From contig JAPETS010000038.1 of the NCBI GenBank assembly GCA_026023565.1, positions 62,001-126,000 on the forward strand: a stretch of DNA of 64,000 nucleotides, given 5' to 3'. The DNA is from Cirrosporium novae-zelandiae. Lineage: Eukaryota. The translations under genes and the position numbers were made by a program. The notes under the pieces are model-generated. The model had not been told where the DNA came from. It saw nothing but the letters and a program-made list of their open reading frames with translations, and made no database searches. Within the stretch, counting starts at the first letter, position 1, and each line of letters begins with the position of its first letter. This document shows positions 1-11,163 of the stretch, one piece after another.

Positions 1-50
1 GTGTGCAACTTTAATATGTATGCAGGAACAGCAATCTGAATGTTTCTTAG

Positions 51-1750
51 GAACCCGAATTCCAATTTGTTCCCTTGCCTGATACAAACCCGATCCTTGA
101 AGGCACGCGGTGGAAGCAATACCACGAAGTTCTTGGACCAACATTGAAAAATGTGCCTCAAGAGAGCTGGGACTATGTCCTGAAGGAAAAGGCCCCAGAC
201 ATGACCCATGTGTTGCAATTTCCATACAACGGAGAACCACCAAAGGCATGAATCAAGCCAACCCTATCATCATATATACCTTTTCTCACAAGACTGCTAG
301 AAACGCCTGGTGGGCAACGCCATAACCTCCAACCAAGACTTTTTTGTTCGCAACCATGGCGGAATTCCGACAATTGACGAAGACAAATATTTTGTAGAGA
401 TTGGTGGTCTCGTCAATGAGCCGAAGAAGCTGACAATGGCCAATCTCAAGAACGAAACGCTCTTCCCACGCCAAAGCAACATTGTTAGTCTTCAATGTTC
501 AGGAACGCGAAGGATTGAGCAGATTCATGAGTACCCTGGAGATGGAGATGAACTTATTAATGCCCCCGTATGCTTCAAGCCTCATCTTATCTACAAATAA
601 TAGTTCTGACAATATCAGTGGGGAGAGGGTGCAATTGGTACAGCTAGGTGGACCGGCGTTAGCCTAAAGAGAGTGATCAAGTACTGCGGCGGGTTAAAAG
701 ACGGCGCAAAGCACCTAGAGTTCGTCTCCGCAGACACCTACTTCAAGAAGGGGAAGATATACAATTACGCTGTCTCGGTTCCTTGGCGGAAGGTGAAAGC
801 AAACGAGGTACTTTTAGCTTGGGAAATGAATGGCAAGCCATTGCCTCATATCCACGGCTTTCCTCTTAGGACTGTTGTGTTTGGCTACATCGGAGCTCGG
901 TAAGCAATCTATCACAAAGAAGATCCCCCAGGAATACCATCTATCTAATATCAATGTTCTCAGGAGTGCGAAATGGCTTACCAGAATCAACGCCCTCCCT
1001 AAACCGAGTAAAGGCCCCGTCCAAATGAAGGAATATCTCTACTACACCCCACAAATCGGAAAACAAAACTCGGCATACAGTAACGGCCTCTCCATCCAAG
1101 ACATGCCAGTATCCTCTGCAATCATGACACCAAGCGATAAATCCCAAATCGTCCATGACGGCAAAATCCACCTAACAGGCTGGGCCTACAGCGGCGGAGG
1201 CCATTTTCCCACGCGGGTCGGTAAGGCAACCCCTATCCCCTCGCCATAAATCCTCTGAATTTCTAACACTATCCCATAATAATAACAGAAGTAAGCGGCG
1301 ACGGAGGTAATATCTGGTACGAGGTCCCCTACCACAACCTTAGCCAAAAATACTTCCACGCCTGGAGAACTTGGCATATGGACCTCCCCGTCGACGCCGA
1401 AGGCTGGCTCGAACTCGTCGTCCGCTGTTGGGACGACGCCCTCAACACCCAGCCAACCTACGTGCGAAGCGCTTGGAACTGGGACCTGCATGTTACGAGT
1501 AGCTGTCATCGAATCAAAGTCTATTCGATTAATCAGACTAAACCGGCAACGGGACAAAGGCTGGCGGAGTTAGCTAGAAGGGGGTTGTCCATTATGCCTA
1601 TTACGAAACCATTGCCATATGATTTGGAGTCTGAAGAGGGTAAGTTTTAATTTTTAGAGAGGGTAGGGGAGGTCATTTATTAATGCTGATTTTGTGATAG
1701 CTTATGACGCGGAAATGGAAAGGAGAGGGGGGCGGGACCCTGAAGAATAG
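51..1750 (+). CDS. Sulfite oxidase-family molybdopterin oxidoreductase (5' end outside window; multi-exon)
   Basis: Spliced translation contains FPYNGEPP, FFVRNHGGIP, the Mo-ligand LQCSGTRR, HGFPLR..VFGYIGAR/SAKWL, GWAYSGGG and NTQP..VRSAWNW. Introns at ~246-300 (GC-AG), 569-619, 900-963, 1222-1288 and 1640-1700. Stop TAG at 1748-1750. Confidence 0.9.
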
Positions 1751-1785
1751 GTACTTTAAAATTCCTTGTAATCACATTCTCTAAC

Positions 1786-1904
1786 ACATACGACCATAGG
1801 CTCAAGAGAACTGGGCATCCCATCCGCTCTGCCAGACATAAACTTGAGACCGGTTGGTTAGTAGTTGGGTCGGTGACGACCAGCGAATACCAACTGTTGT
1901 ATGT
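1786..1904 (+). rRNA. 5S rRNA gene (dispersed copy)
   Basis: 119 nt ACATACGACCATAGG...GGTTAGTAGTTGGGTCGGTGACGACCAGCGAATAC...GTTGTATGT. Terminal ACATAC/GTATGT and CTCAAG/CTTGAG helices are intact. Confidence 0.97.
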
Positions 1905-1916
1905 TTTTTTTTTTTT
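1904..1916 (+). terminator. RNA polymerase III terminator (T13)
   Basis: Oligo-T run directly after the 5S 3' end. Confidence 0.85.
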
Positions 1917-2341
1917 GGTTCCTTTCAAGTATGTATATGTATGGGAGATATGCGAAGTAGACTCGCAAAACGATTTTCCTTGTATAGGAGTATGTGCAAA
2001 CCTCTATATTACACGAGATATCGAATTAAGGGCTATAAGGTTTAAATCCTTAGCACTTTTTGCTATATCTTGTAGCTCTTGCTCGCAACTCCACACACCA
2101 TGCTACGTTGATCATCAACTCATCAACCATGAATTAGCACGTGAATATGTCGATTCCCTTAGACAATCCGCTCCCACATACTTCTACGTGTCAAATTCGG
2201 CCTACCTGAATTTTGAGGTAGGCCGGTCGACATTGAAATTTGGGTAGGCCAAACTTAAACGCAGGTAGGCTCAACCGGCGACCGATCATGAGTCAATGTC
2301 CATATCCCCCCGCCTATTTAATACAAGCAATTCCTTTACTC

Positions 2342-2432
2342 CAACATCAGTTAACTACCTCAGTCCAGTACAGGTTGTCAGCTATAAAAAGCTGTTTGAA
2401 ACACGGTTAATCATCACTGGTGGAAGCAACTA
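2342..2432. repeat. ~90-bp diverged direct repeat, copy 1 (C/D-box-like motifs on minus strand)
   Basis: Aligns by eye with 2748-2836 at roughly 80% identity. Shared blocks are CAACATCAGT, ACCTCAGTC, CTATAAAAAGCTGTT, AATCATCACTGGTGG and AGCAACTA. Confidence 0.85.
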
Positions 2433-2747
2433 TAAGGAATCCTGTTATGATATGTGGGCTTTCAGGTTATAACGTGATTAAATGTGTGTATTTCTCAAGT
2501 CCTAGTTGGAACCACAATTACTATAGCTATCTACCTAACCGAGAGAGCCCATTCCTTCCACTTCCTGATATATAATGGACATAAGTCTTGCAGCATTGGC
2601 AGGGGATGAAGAAGGACGATGATGAGAATGAAATTGGACTTGGTATAAATCAAGGCATCAGTGGTTCTCACGAAATACGTTGAACATCCTCCTCATCATA
2701 TTCTTTGAGTCCCCAAGGTCGACAGATTCTCGCATTCGAGGATTCTA

Positions 2748-2836
2748 CAACATCAGTCGACCACCTCAGTCTGGTATAGGGGTTCAACTATAAAAAGCTG
2801 TTCGTAACAAGAAATCATCACTGGTGGGAGCAACTA
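2748..2836. repeat. ~90-bp diverged direct repeat, copy 2
   Basis: See copy 1 at 2342-2432. Confidence 0.85.
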
Positions 2837-4680
2837 CTTGCCTTGAGTGGATTATCTGTCTCAGAGGGGTGTACATATCTCCGAACATAGAGCAGGGCAA
2901 TCAAAATAGTTGAATAATTCGGGGTCTCCTATGATGAAAAAGGTCGAAGGCCAGGGAAGCCGGTTAGTGAAAGCTGGGCGAGTAAAGCCCTTTAATTCTG
3001 AAGGGACAATTGGGTCACAAAAAGGCTATTAAGGAATAATATGGGTCTATCGACACCTATAAAGCGTCTTGGATCGAGGGTTCTTTTTGACTGCACGGGT
3101 TCCATAACGCTTTTCTTATGCCCTAGAGCTGGCCGGAGATTGAATGAAGAGATGGACAACATCGCCATAGGTATGAAAAAAGGGGATGTAGGAATCTGGA
3201 GAAAAAGTAGAAAGTGCGGGACCGAGCTACAAGCTCATGAGAACTGATGACTAGAAGGTGAACTGGATGAAAATGGTTGCAAAAAAATGGGGGAGAAGAA
3301 GAGCCTGCTCTTATACGTTTTGTAAGTAGGCCCCGAGTCTCCTTGGAACCCAACTCTAGAAGGTAGGGACATATCGATATGTTGATATTGGACCATTTTT
3401 TCATGCGTTTCTGGAAAGCAATGACTACCTACTACTACTAAAGACAGGAAATCTGCTCCAGGTGTTTTCCAAAGCAAGAAGAGCAGAACAGAAACGATGG
3501 TATAAGGCAGGAACCACCCCCCCAAAAAGAGAAAAAAACCAAATTCGGTTTTGGGGAGGCACTCAAGAGATCTCTCTTCCATTATTCGATTCGAATATCT
3601 ACATACCAGCCACTACCCAGCTAAGCAAAAGGGCAAGGATCATCTTTACAGAAAATAGAAAGCAGCCGGTTGTCGATTCTCTCCCTCCGACCATACCTAA
3701 TTACAATTTCCTTATTTGAAAGTATATACATAGGATAAATACACTGCACGGACAAACAATCAATCAAATCCTATTTAAGCTACACCATCTATACCTCTAA
3801 TATCTCCTCTTCCCCTCAGCTTAGGGAAAGCATCTTCGTATATGCACTATCTTCCCCCCCCTCCTTCTCTCTCTCAAAGCATGTCACACTACCTACGAGC
3901 ATGAGCATGCACAAACCAATCAACCGGACGTTAACACCAAAACAAAAAAGAATGAAAAAGAAAAAGAAAAAAGAACTACGATTCTTATTTTAAATTCAAG
4001 CAGGCAAACCCCTTTTTTTTCATTTACTTCCCATACCTGCACCACAACCAACAAAAATCTTCCACTTCTACTCTATACTTTCCGGCCATGGCCGAGGGAG
4101 GGAGGGGGGGGGGTGATCTCTATCCCCACAAGGAAGGAGTTTATGGTTTGTGGGTTATAGATATTTATTCATTTTACTTTGGGGTTTAGGGGTTTAGAGC
4201 TGGGTATATAGATAGATAGATTATTCATTCTAGGCCTTATTTCCCCTTCCTCCCTCTAATCATAATTACATTATGAAGTACTTACTTAACTCCAAGGTGT
4301 CCCGTCTAGATTTATTAACCCTTTTACAAAGGCAGAAAGAGAGTGTATTGTGTATATAATAAAAAAAATAAGAATATAGGGGGTCGATTGGTTGGTTGGT
4401 TGGGGGTTTTAGCTGGGATCAAATAATTACCTGTGTACAGTGTACTATTTTTATCTGTTATTTTCGAACCTAGGCTGTATCTAACAAACACTTCCTAGCC
4501 AGCCAGCTAAATTGTATATGTTTAATTCAGGGACGTAGGGTTTGTGTGGTATTTTCTAGATAGTCGAGGATAAATAGATCAAATGAGGTTTTAGGTATAA
4601 ATCGTTTTGCTTTAATGTTATTGTACTACCGTAGAGCGGTGGAAGCCTATTAAGGGAGTAATCTATATATAGTGGCTATA

Positions 4681-5133
4681 TAGTATATACGTTGTAGGTT
4701 AAGTTAGGTCCGTCGATATCGCTCGTGGGTAGGTAGGTCCGTATAACCGCTCTTACTATCTAAAGTAGGAGCGCTGATAGAAGTGGTTATATAATTGAAC
4801 TGTCGGACTATCTGGTATCCTTATATTTTCGTATCAGAATCCATAGGTCGACTAATAAGTAGAAATGGTGCGTAGCTAGGAACTAGACTGCGACAACAGA
4901 ACCGCCAAACGGCGATATCTGACCACTTCATGTCGTGCGAGCGTACGATAATATTAAAAAATATTTGAATAACATATTGTATTGTAATGTGTTTTGTCGA
5001 AATCAATAACCGGCGTGGCTTGAAGGGTAGTGTCACCAAGGTGGTGTTATAGAGGATGTTGGATCCTATAGTCTAGTTATAGCACCGCGCTTTTGTTGAG
5101 AATAATATAAGATTCCCCTCTAGGCGAAATTCC
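4681..5133 (-). pseudogene. Degraded 3' continuation of the NLR-like reading frame (TPR-like relic)
   Basis: The frame of ORF 5134-6852 continues with many TAA/TAG stops and includes R**ERLYGPTYPRAIST (~4761-4711), resembling the fungal NLR TPR motif ..E..LGP.HP.T. The DNA is TpA-rich. Confidence 0.5.
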
Positions 5134-8100
5134 CTATTGAGTTGGTAGACAGTGCTGGATCTTTCCTCTCTGCCTCTGCCTCCGCCTACGCGCTTTCACT
5201 CTTCCAACCCACTTCTGAGAGATTCGCTCAGCCCTTTCTTTGATAGGCTCCGACCCAAAGAATTCACAGATTTTGTCTTCCATGCCGCATTCCCAGAGAC
5301 TCTTACCGTATAAATGGAGGAATTTTTCGTACTCGCCGTCATGAATGTAGCTAAGATTTGGTAGATCTTTCTCAAAGACTATATTTACCTTTGACCAGTA
5401 CTGCGGTCCGTGTATAGACCATAGATTTAAGTGCTCGGCGCAATAGAGGTTCATTTGGGTATGCATGTAGCATCCAAGGACACTGTTGAACTGACACCCA
5501 ACATTGTGCGCCCATTGATATAGGTCCAACTTGAAAGGAGCGACTGCTTTCTGATACCCATAGTTAAGCCTATAAGGCGGCCCTATTATCACGATTTGTA
5601 TCAAGGAAAAAAGACAGAGACCCAATTGTTCGAGATGTGTCGAATTCTGTGGTCCGTTGTTGGCGGTGATCCATCCGTCTAGCAAAATACTGATGGCTTT
5701 ATTGAAGGAGCTAAATTTACCTACAAAGGTTGCTATAGAATGGCCCTCTAGGGAACCTACTGGTTCCCAGAAAATTTCTAGTATTTGTAGATCCCTCTCT
5801 TGGGGCCAGAGACAAAAACCGCCAGGCAAGAAGTATTTCTCCAGTAGCGCTTGCAATTGACCAGAAAGTAAGAATATTGTTGTCTGATTTCTCATTGCAA
5901 CCCAGTCCAGCAATTTCAACACCACTTCCCACAAGTTTGGTTTTGCATGTGGTGATGAAAAGTTGGAGAACGGGTTAAGTTCCTGTTCTCGTACCAAAGA
6001 TAGAGCAATAAAAACAGTAGATAACAAACATTCATCAAATCCGGTTCCAGCATCGGGGGGAACATTCTTGACCACGTCCCAGATGCTTTGCATATATGGA
6101 TAATATTCTTTAGTGGACATGCTGGGCCGTAGCAAATCTGTTAGAGGCGGGAATGATACCTGAGAGTATAGCAACAACATGGCTCTTTTAACCCACATTA
6201 TTTTCTCCTTTCTTTCGAGCCGCGCTCGAATCCATTCACGTACTAGAGGGTGTAAGGAGATTTTGTCGCTTGATTGGTCTAGGCTGATTAGGCAAAGCGA
6301 ATGTAGTAAACTGATAGCTTGATCAATCCCCAAGTGCTTTTCAAGAAATTTGAGGTTCAGTGCAGCATTTTTTTCTAGTTGCCAGATTGAAATCTCTGTG
6401 TTGATCTTGATCGTCTTTGTCTTTAAAGCATCTTTGAGAATGCTGGTTGGAATACTGTCTCGGTGTAGGAACCCTAGAAGCTGAAGTATATCCGCAGCTA
6501 CGGCATTACCGTCATTTACATGGTTGAATGATATCTCCCAAGTCGTCATCACTGATGCATTGTAATTAGAGAAGGCTTGCTTGAAACCAAGTAGCTCTAT
6601 GCGTTCGTTCTGACAGTTGAAGTAATTGAGGTAATCCGAAAGCGATATGTTTGGAGATTCGCGCAAGAGTGCCGCGGCTAGACTAAGTGCCAAAGGAAGA
6701 CGGCCAACCTTTTCCACTAAGTCCTTAATCAAATGCAATTCTGAAGGGTTAACCAAGGGAGTAAAGGATCTTTCAGCAGTAAAGAGGTCGATTGAATCTT
6801 TCTGAGACATCATTGGGATGTCCTGTTTAGCACCACCGACTGCACTAGACAATCTTCTATCACGCGTCGTAAAGAGGACGTGGCATCCCTGGTGGCCTTT
6901 CGAGTCTCAAGGTAGATATACTTGAAAGTCGATAACTGGGTCATCCGCGTTGTCAAACACGATGAGCAACTCCCTCTGCTTCCCAAGCCATTCGGTCGGC
7001 TCCGGTATTAGATGAGTATTAGTATCCTTCGAAAGCATTTGCTTCAACTTCTGGAACTCGGCATCGAGACTAGTCGTCGTCTCAGCATTCACCTAAACGA
7101 CAGAACGTGGGTTTGCCCGCCATCTATGAGAAAATTCGAGAGCGATTTGAGTTTTCCTTGTCACAAAAATGAGCCCAAGTTGAAGAAGTAGGGGGGCTGC
7201 ATATCCTACTTACCCACTGCCGCCCATGCCCTGAAGGATATATGGGACATCAGGAGAGTCTTCAAAATGCTGGTGAAGATCCTTAAGAAGTTCAATACGT
7301 CCAGTGAACTAAGGATTCCAAGGTGGCATTGAGGAAGCTTGGAAACCAATTAGGGTTGAAGAAACGTCTTTACTTAAGAGACTAACTAATAAATGGAGAC
7401 TCCTTGGGTGAGTCTGTAGTTACCCGCTTTACTAACTCCTTAACGTTTCCGATAACAGGTTCAAAAACATCATCATCAGCGCCGAATTTGCAAATGCCGG
7501 AGTGGTCGTTATCCATAGGCACTTGTTTTTCACGCCGACCTCCAAGACCAAGTCTCGCCGAGTTTGCATCAACAGCCACCTGGAGGCAGATGAACCGGTC
7601 AGCACCGTACAGTCCCATGTCTATCGATGTAGAGTAAGCGTACACGATTAAGAAAGAAATCTAGAGATAGTGCAAGAAATGTAGCGGGTCTAGTCTTTCT
7701 AGTCTCGTAGCAAGTAAGCACTTGATAATCCTCCCATTGATGACTGAAGTCTTCATTCGAGTTGGTTGTAAGAGGGCAGTCAGTGGTCAACGATCTAAGA
7801 ATATCGTTCCGGTTCCTACCACAGAGGACACTTATCACATTGTTCAATGTGTCCGCGACTTATACACCGTTACCACCACAGTGAGGGGTACTGAAGAAGA
7901 TAAATCCGCGAGTGGCATTTCGTATGGAGCCATACGTGTGAGAGTCATTCACGGCGTTTATCAATGCCTGCCAATTTCTAGTTCGAGCCGATGGCCCGAA
8001 TTGCAATGACTTACCTGTTTGACAACAAGACCGCCTAAGCTATGGGCAATGAAAATGATCGGTACCGAATTAGGAACCTATAGCGGTACAAGTTAAAACA

Positions 8101-8488
8101 CTGGTTGTAAACTAGAGAATACTACATACAAATTCGTCACGCTTTCTCTTCAGCCTATCTAAGAGATTGCCTGCATGCTGCTTGATGCCTTGGATTGTCG
8201 CACCAGAAGTCACATTTGAATTGTAGCTGAAAATAAGAACACGGCAGTTCAGGAGAGATGGCCTGAGGAGGTCCTTGGGCCAGAAGACACCGTTTGAATG
8301 AGACCAAGTCTTCATCGCGAAGTCGTCTTTAGATCGTGAGTTTAGGCCGTGAACGAAAACGAAACTTCAGATAAAGTTAACGCTGATATCTCTCTAGCCT
8401 GAGAGGAAACAATATAATAGTGGACTAACTCGACAGTTGGGCTTGTGAAATTTCCATCTTCAGGGTAAACTTGATGTAGATACTCCAT
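5134..8488 (-). pseudogene. Fungal NLR-like gene: alpha/beta-hydrolase (SesB/DUF676-like) + NB-ARC, disrupted by premature stops
   Basis: Hydrolase motifs: FVFVHGL, VFWPKDLL, RVLIFSYNS, nucleophile IAHSLGGLVVKQ, FFSTPH.G. NB-ARC motifs: FTGR, P-loop GMGGSG|KT (split by an intron), Walker B LLIVFDNADD, LFTTR, GRLPLAL, LHPLVREW. In-frame stops at 7860-62, 7309-11, 7093-95 and 6907-09. Confidence 0.88.
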
Positions 8489-9798
8489 GTTGAGTTATCA
8501 AAAGGTGACTGGGTTACTAAGTAACCTAGTATTGCATGTTATATTGAGAATGGTACAGTGCGTAACCCAACACTTCAAACCCTAGAGGGGGAAGACAATC
8601 AGCATTCAGGCTCTGATTTCATCGATAAAACAAGCATCAGTCCTCACCATTTCTAACGAAAGAACATGCAGTGTCGTTGATAACTTGACTAATTGATATG
8701 ATTAATAGAGAGTGACAGGAGAGCTGAAAGATGCCAGCCTTGTTGGTGTAGGCGTGGCAAGTTCTTGGCGCACTGAAGGTCAATTTATGTTGCGCCAATC
8801 ACCTCAACTACAATGAATTAAAGCTCTCCCTCAGTTCCTAAAATGATAATATCCCATACCCACTCAATGTTCAGTATGTTAATCTCGGAATAGCCAGAAG
8901 CTCGCCTTGTTTTCGGTACCACGATGTCTCTGAGACGTACTGCTATCCCGCCTATTATCATAAGGGTTGCTTGAGTTGTTCTTTATGGGTTATGGGATGT
9001 GTGTGGTGGTTGCTTCTAGATGATGGGCTTAGGGGATAGGGGGGTGATGGAAAAAAATGTGGAAAGGGGTGGGGGATGGGACAGTCATGGTTTTGTTTGC
9101 TACTGCTGCTGCTGTTCATTACCTACCTAGGTAGTTATTGTTAGTTAGGGTTGTTGCGTTGTCCCATTTTTATAATTCCTGTTAGAAATAGATGAATTAC
9201 CAAAATGCGGGCAGTTCAAAAACAAAAACACTTTTTTTTTTATTTTTGTGTACGGACAAACTAAACTAAACTATACTAAAGAAAAAGAAATTTCTGGCTT
9301 ATTCCATGTTTGACGGCCAGCGGGATAGAGATATTTAGGACCACGTCTTTGACAAAGGAGGCCAACAGACAGTTGTGCCGAGAGAAGAGAGAGAAAACAG
9401 TCTAAGTACATAGGCTTGTCCCTGATCAGGCATCATCATCTTGTCCCCTCCTTCATTAAGCCTGGTTTTCCTTTTTTTCCTTCCGACAACGACAACAACA
9501 GCACGAAATTAAACACGATCGCTGACAGGATAATACGATTGCCTTGATTACCCCCCCTTCACTACCGCCAACTTTTATTATCACCTTCCACCTGCATCAG
9601 CATTCGTTTCAGATGCACACCCCATTATCCAAGGCAACCACTGTCCAACACATGGGTAAAGAGAAGAAATGAAAGAAAGAAAGAATACTAATGAAGACAT
9701 TTTGAAGCATCGCACAACTCATAACGCATCGATCGAGAATATTTGAATGATCATGGACTTTGCTAGGTAATTTTGGTGCGGATGGGGACGACTGTGCT

Positions 9799-11163
9799 TT
9801 AGTCTATGTCATTTTCGTTTTCAGCAGTCGGACTCATCTTTGGGCCGCAAAAAAGGCTAGTCTGGTTATCGATAGTTTCGTGATCTGTATCGGTGCTTAA
9901 ATTTGTGTTTTCGTTTTCGTTATTAGGGTGATTGTCGGTATTGCTTTCTATGCCACCGTTGTTATCGTTTTCACCGAAGGTAGTGGTATGTTGATGAGGA
10001 TCGTTGCTCATAACTGTGCAACCACCACTTGAGGTAAGAGATCCACCTTCATCCAAAGAAATAATAGTGTTGTTGGGAGAATACTCGACAACTGGGTAAT
10101 TTTTGCCGTAAAAGACAGTTCTAAATCCATCGGATCTAGTTTTCGTGGCTATACGACCATCACCTAGGATATTTTGATGGCTGTTTTCCAAGGTCGTTGT
10201 GGGTTCATGAGCATCCTCATTACTAGGATAATAACTTCCATAAAAGGGAATGGCCTCGTCTTCGAGGGCATTGGTAAGCTCTTGACTACTTTGACCGTAA
10301 ATAGGGAGGCCTGTCAAACCATTCGGTAGATCACCTTTCCTAACAATGGTGTCACTACCGAGGAAGACATAACCTTCCTGTAGTTCTAACTCCCCAGTAG
10401 AAGTAGTTTGAGTGGTACGCTCATGATGAACAGGCTGAGGAAAGCAAGTAATACGACTCAAAAGGTGACAAGAGTGATTTCCACTGCGAACATCATGAAA
10501 AGTACGACGACGAAGGCGGAGTGTGATGTCAGATTCCAGATCATCAATATTGAGATCAGAGATGTCGTGATGTAGAGTCGCCGTTCCATCGTGGTGGATA
10601 TTTTGCGGAAGATCATTACTATTCTGATGAATACTTGAACCGGAAGGATTCCTGTGGGAAAAGGTAGAGTTTTGGTCTTGACTACCATCGTATTGACAAT
10701 TTCTATCAATACGGCATGACTTCAACATGTCGGAGTGTGGGGAGCTATTCGAGAGGGGAGTGGGGGGCACAGATGCACTCCTTATGCCTCCTGGACGTTC
10801 CATTTCAGCGAGGAAATCATAGTAGATGAAATTATCTTTTTCCCAACCAGCATCAGAATCGGAGTCATCCTCGTTGCAAGCCGCACAATTGTCAGTTACA
10901 TTGGTGTTATTGGACTCTTCCAAAAGTTCAAGTCTTGCATCAGCACTTCGGCGTCTTCTGAGAAGGCCACATGAGGAGCACTGGGATTTAGTTGAACAGG
11001 TATCGTTATCACAAGGTTCAGGGCTTGCCCGAGAGGGAGGAGGAGCGTGAAGTCGAAGCCCTCGTGCAATACGAAGACGGGCAAAAGAGAAGATACGAGA
11101 GGAGAGGCTGGGGCCTGTTCGAGGAGCTGCTCTCGTCTGAAGTCGAGATGATCTGTAAGCCAT
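9799..11163 (-). CDS. Hypothetical protein, 454 aa, S/N/D-rich, probably disordered
   Basis: Long ATG-initiated uninterrupted ORF with no recognisable domain. Confidence 0.6.
   Translation of the reverse strand: MAYRSSRLQTRAAPRTGPSLSSRIFSFARLRIARGLRLHAPPPSRASPEPCDNDTCSTKSQCSSCGLLRRRRSADARLELLEESNNTNVTDNCAACNEDDSDSDAGWEKDNFIYYDFLAEMERPGGIRSASVPPTPLSNSSPHSDMLKSCRIDRNCQYDGSQDQNSTFSHRNPSGSSIHQNSNDLPQNIHHDGTATLHHDISDLNIDDLESDITLRLRRRTFHDVRSGNHSCHLLSRITCFPQPVHHERTTQTTSTGELELQEGYVFLGSDTIVRKGDLPNGLTGLPIYGQSSQELTNALEDEAIPFYGSYYPSNEDAHEPTTTLENSHQNILGDGRIATKTRSDGFRTVFYGKNYPVVEYSPNNTIISLDEGGSLTSSGGCTVMSNDPHQHTTTFGENDNNGGIESNTDNHPNNENENTNLSTDTDHETIDNQTSLFCGPKMSPTAENENDID

Noticed and set aside
2927..3004. 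ATGATGA...CTGA with short CCT/AGG flanks on the plus strand
   Set aside because: No recognisable rRNA-complementary guide and only a short stem, so compatible with chance.
4180..4198. Telomere-like GGGGTTTA repeats
   Set aside because: Only about two imperfect units in low-complexity DNA.
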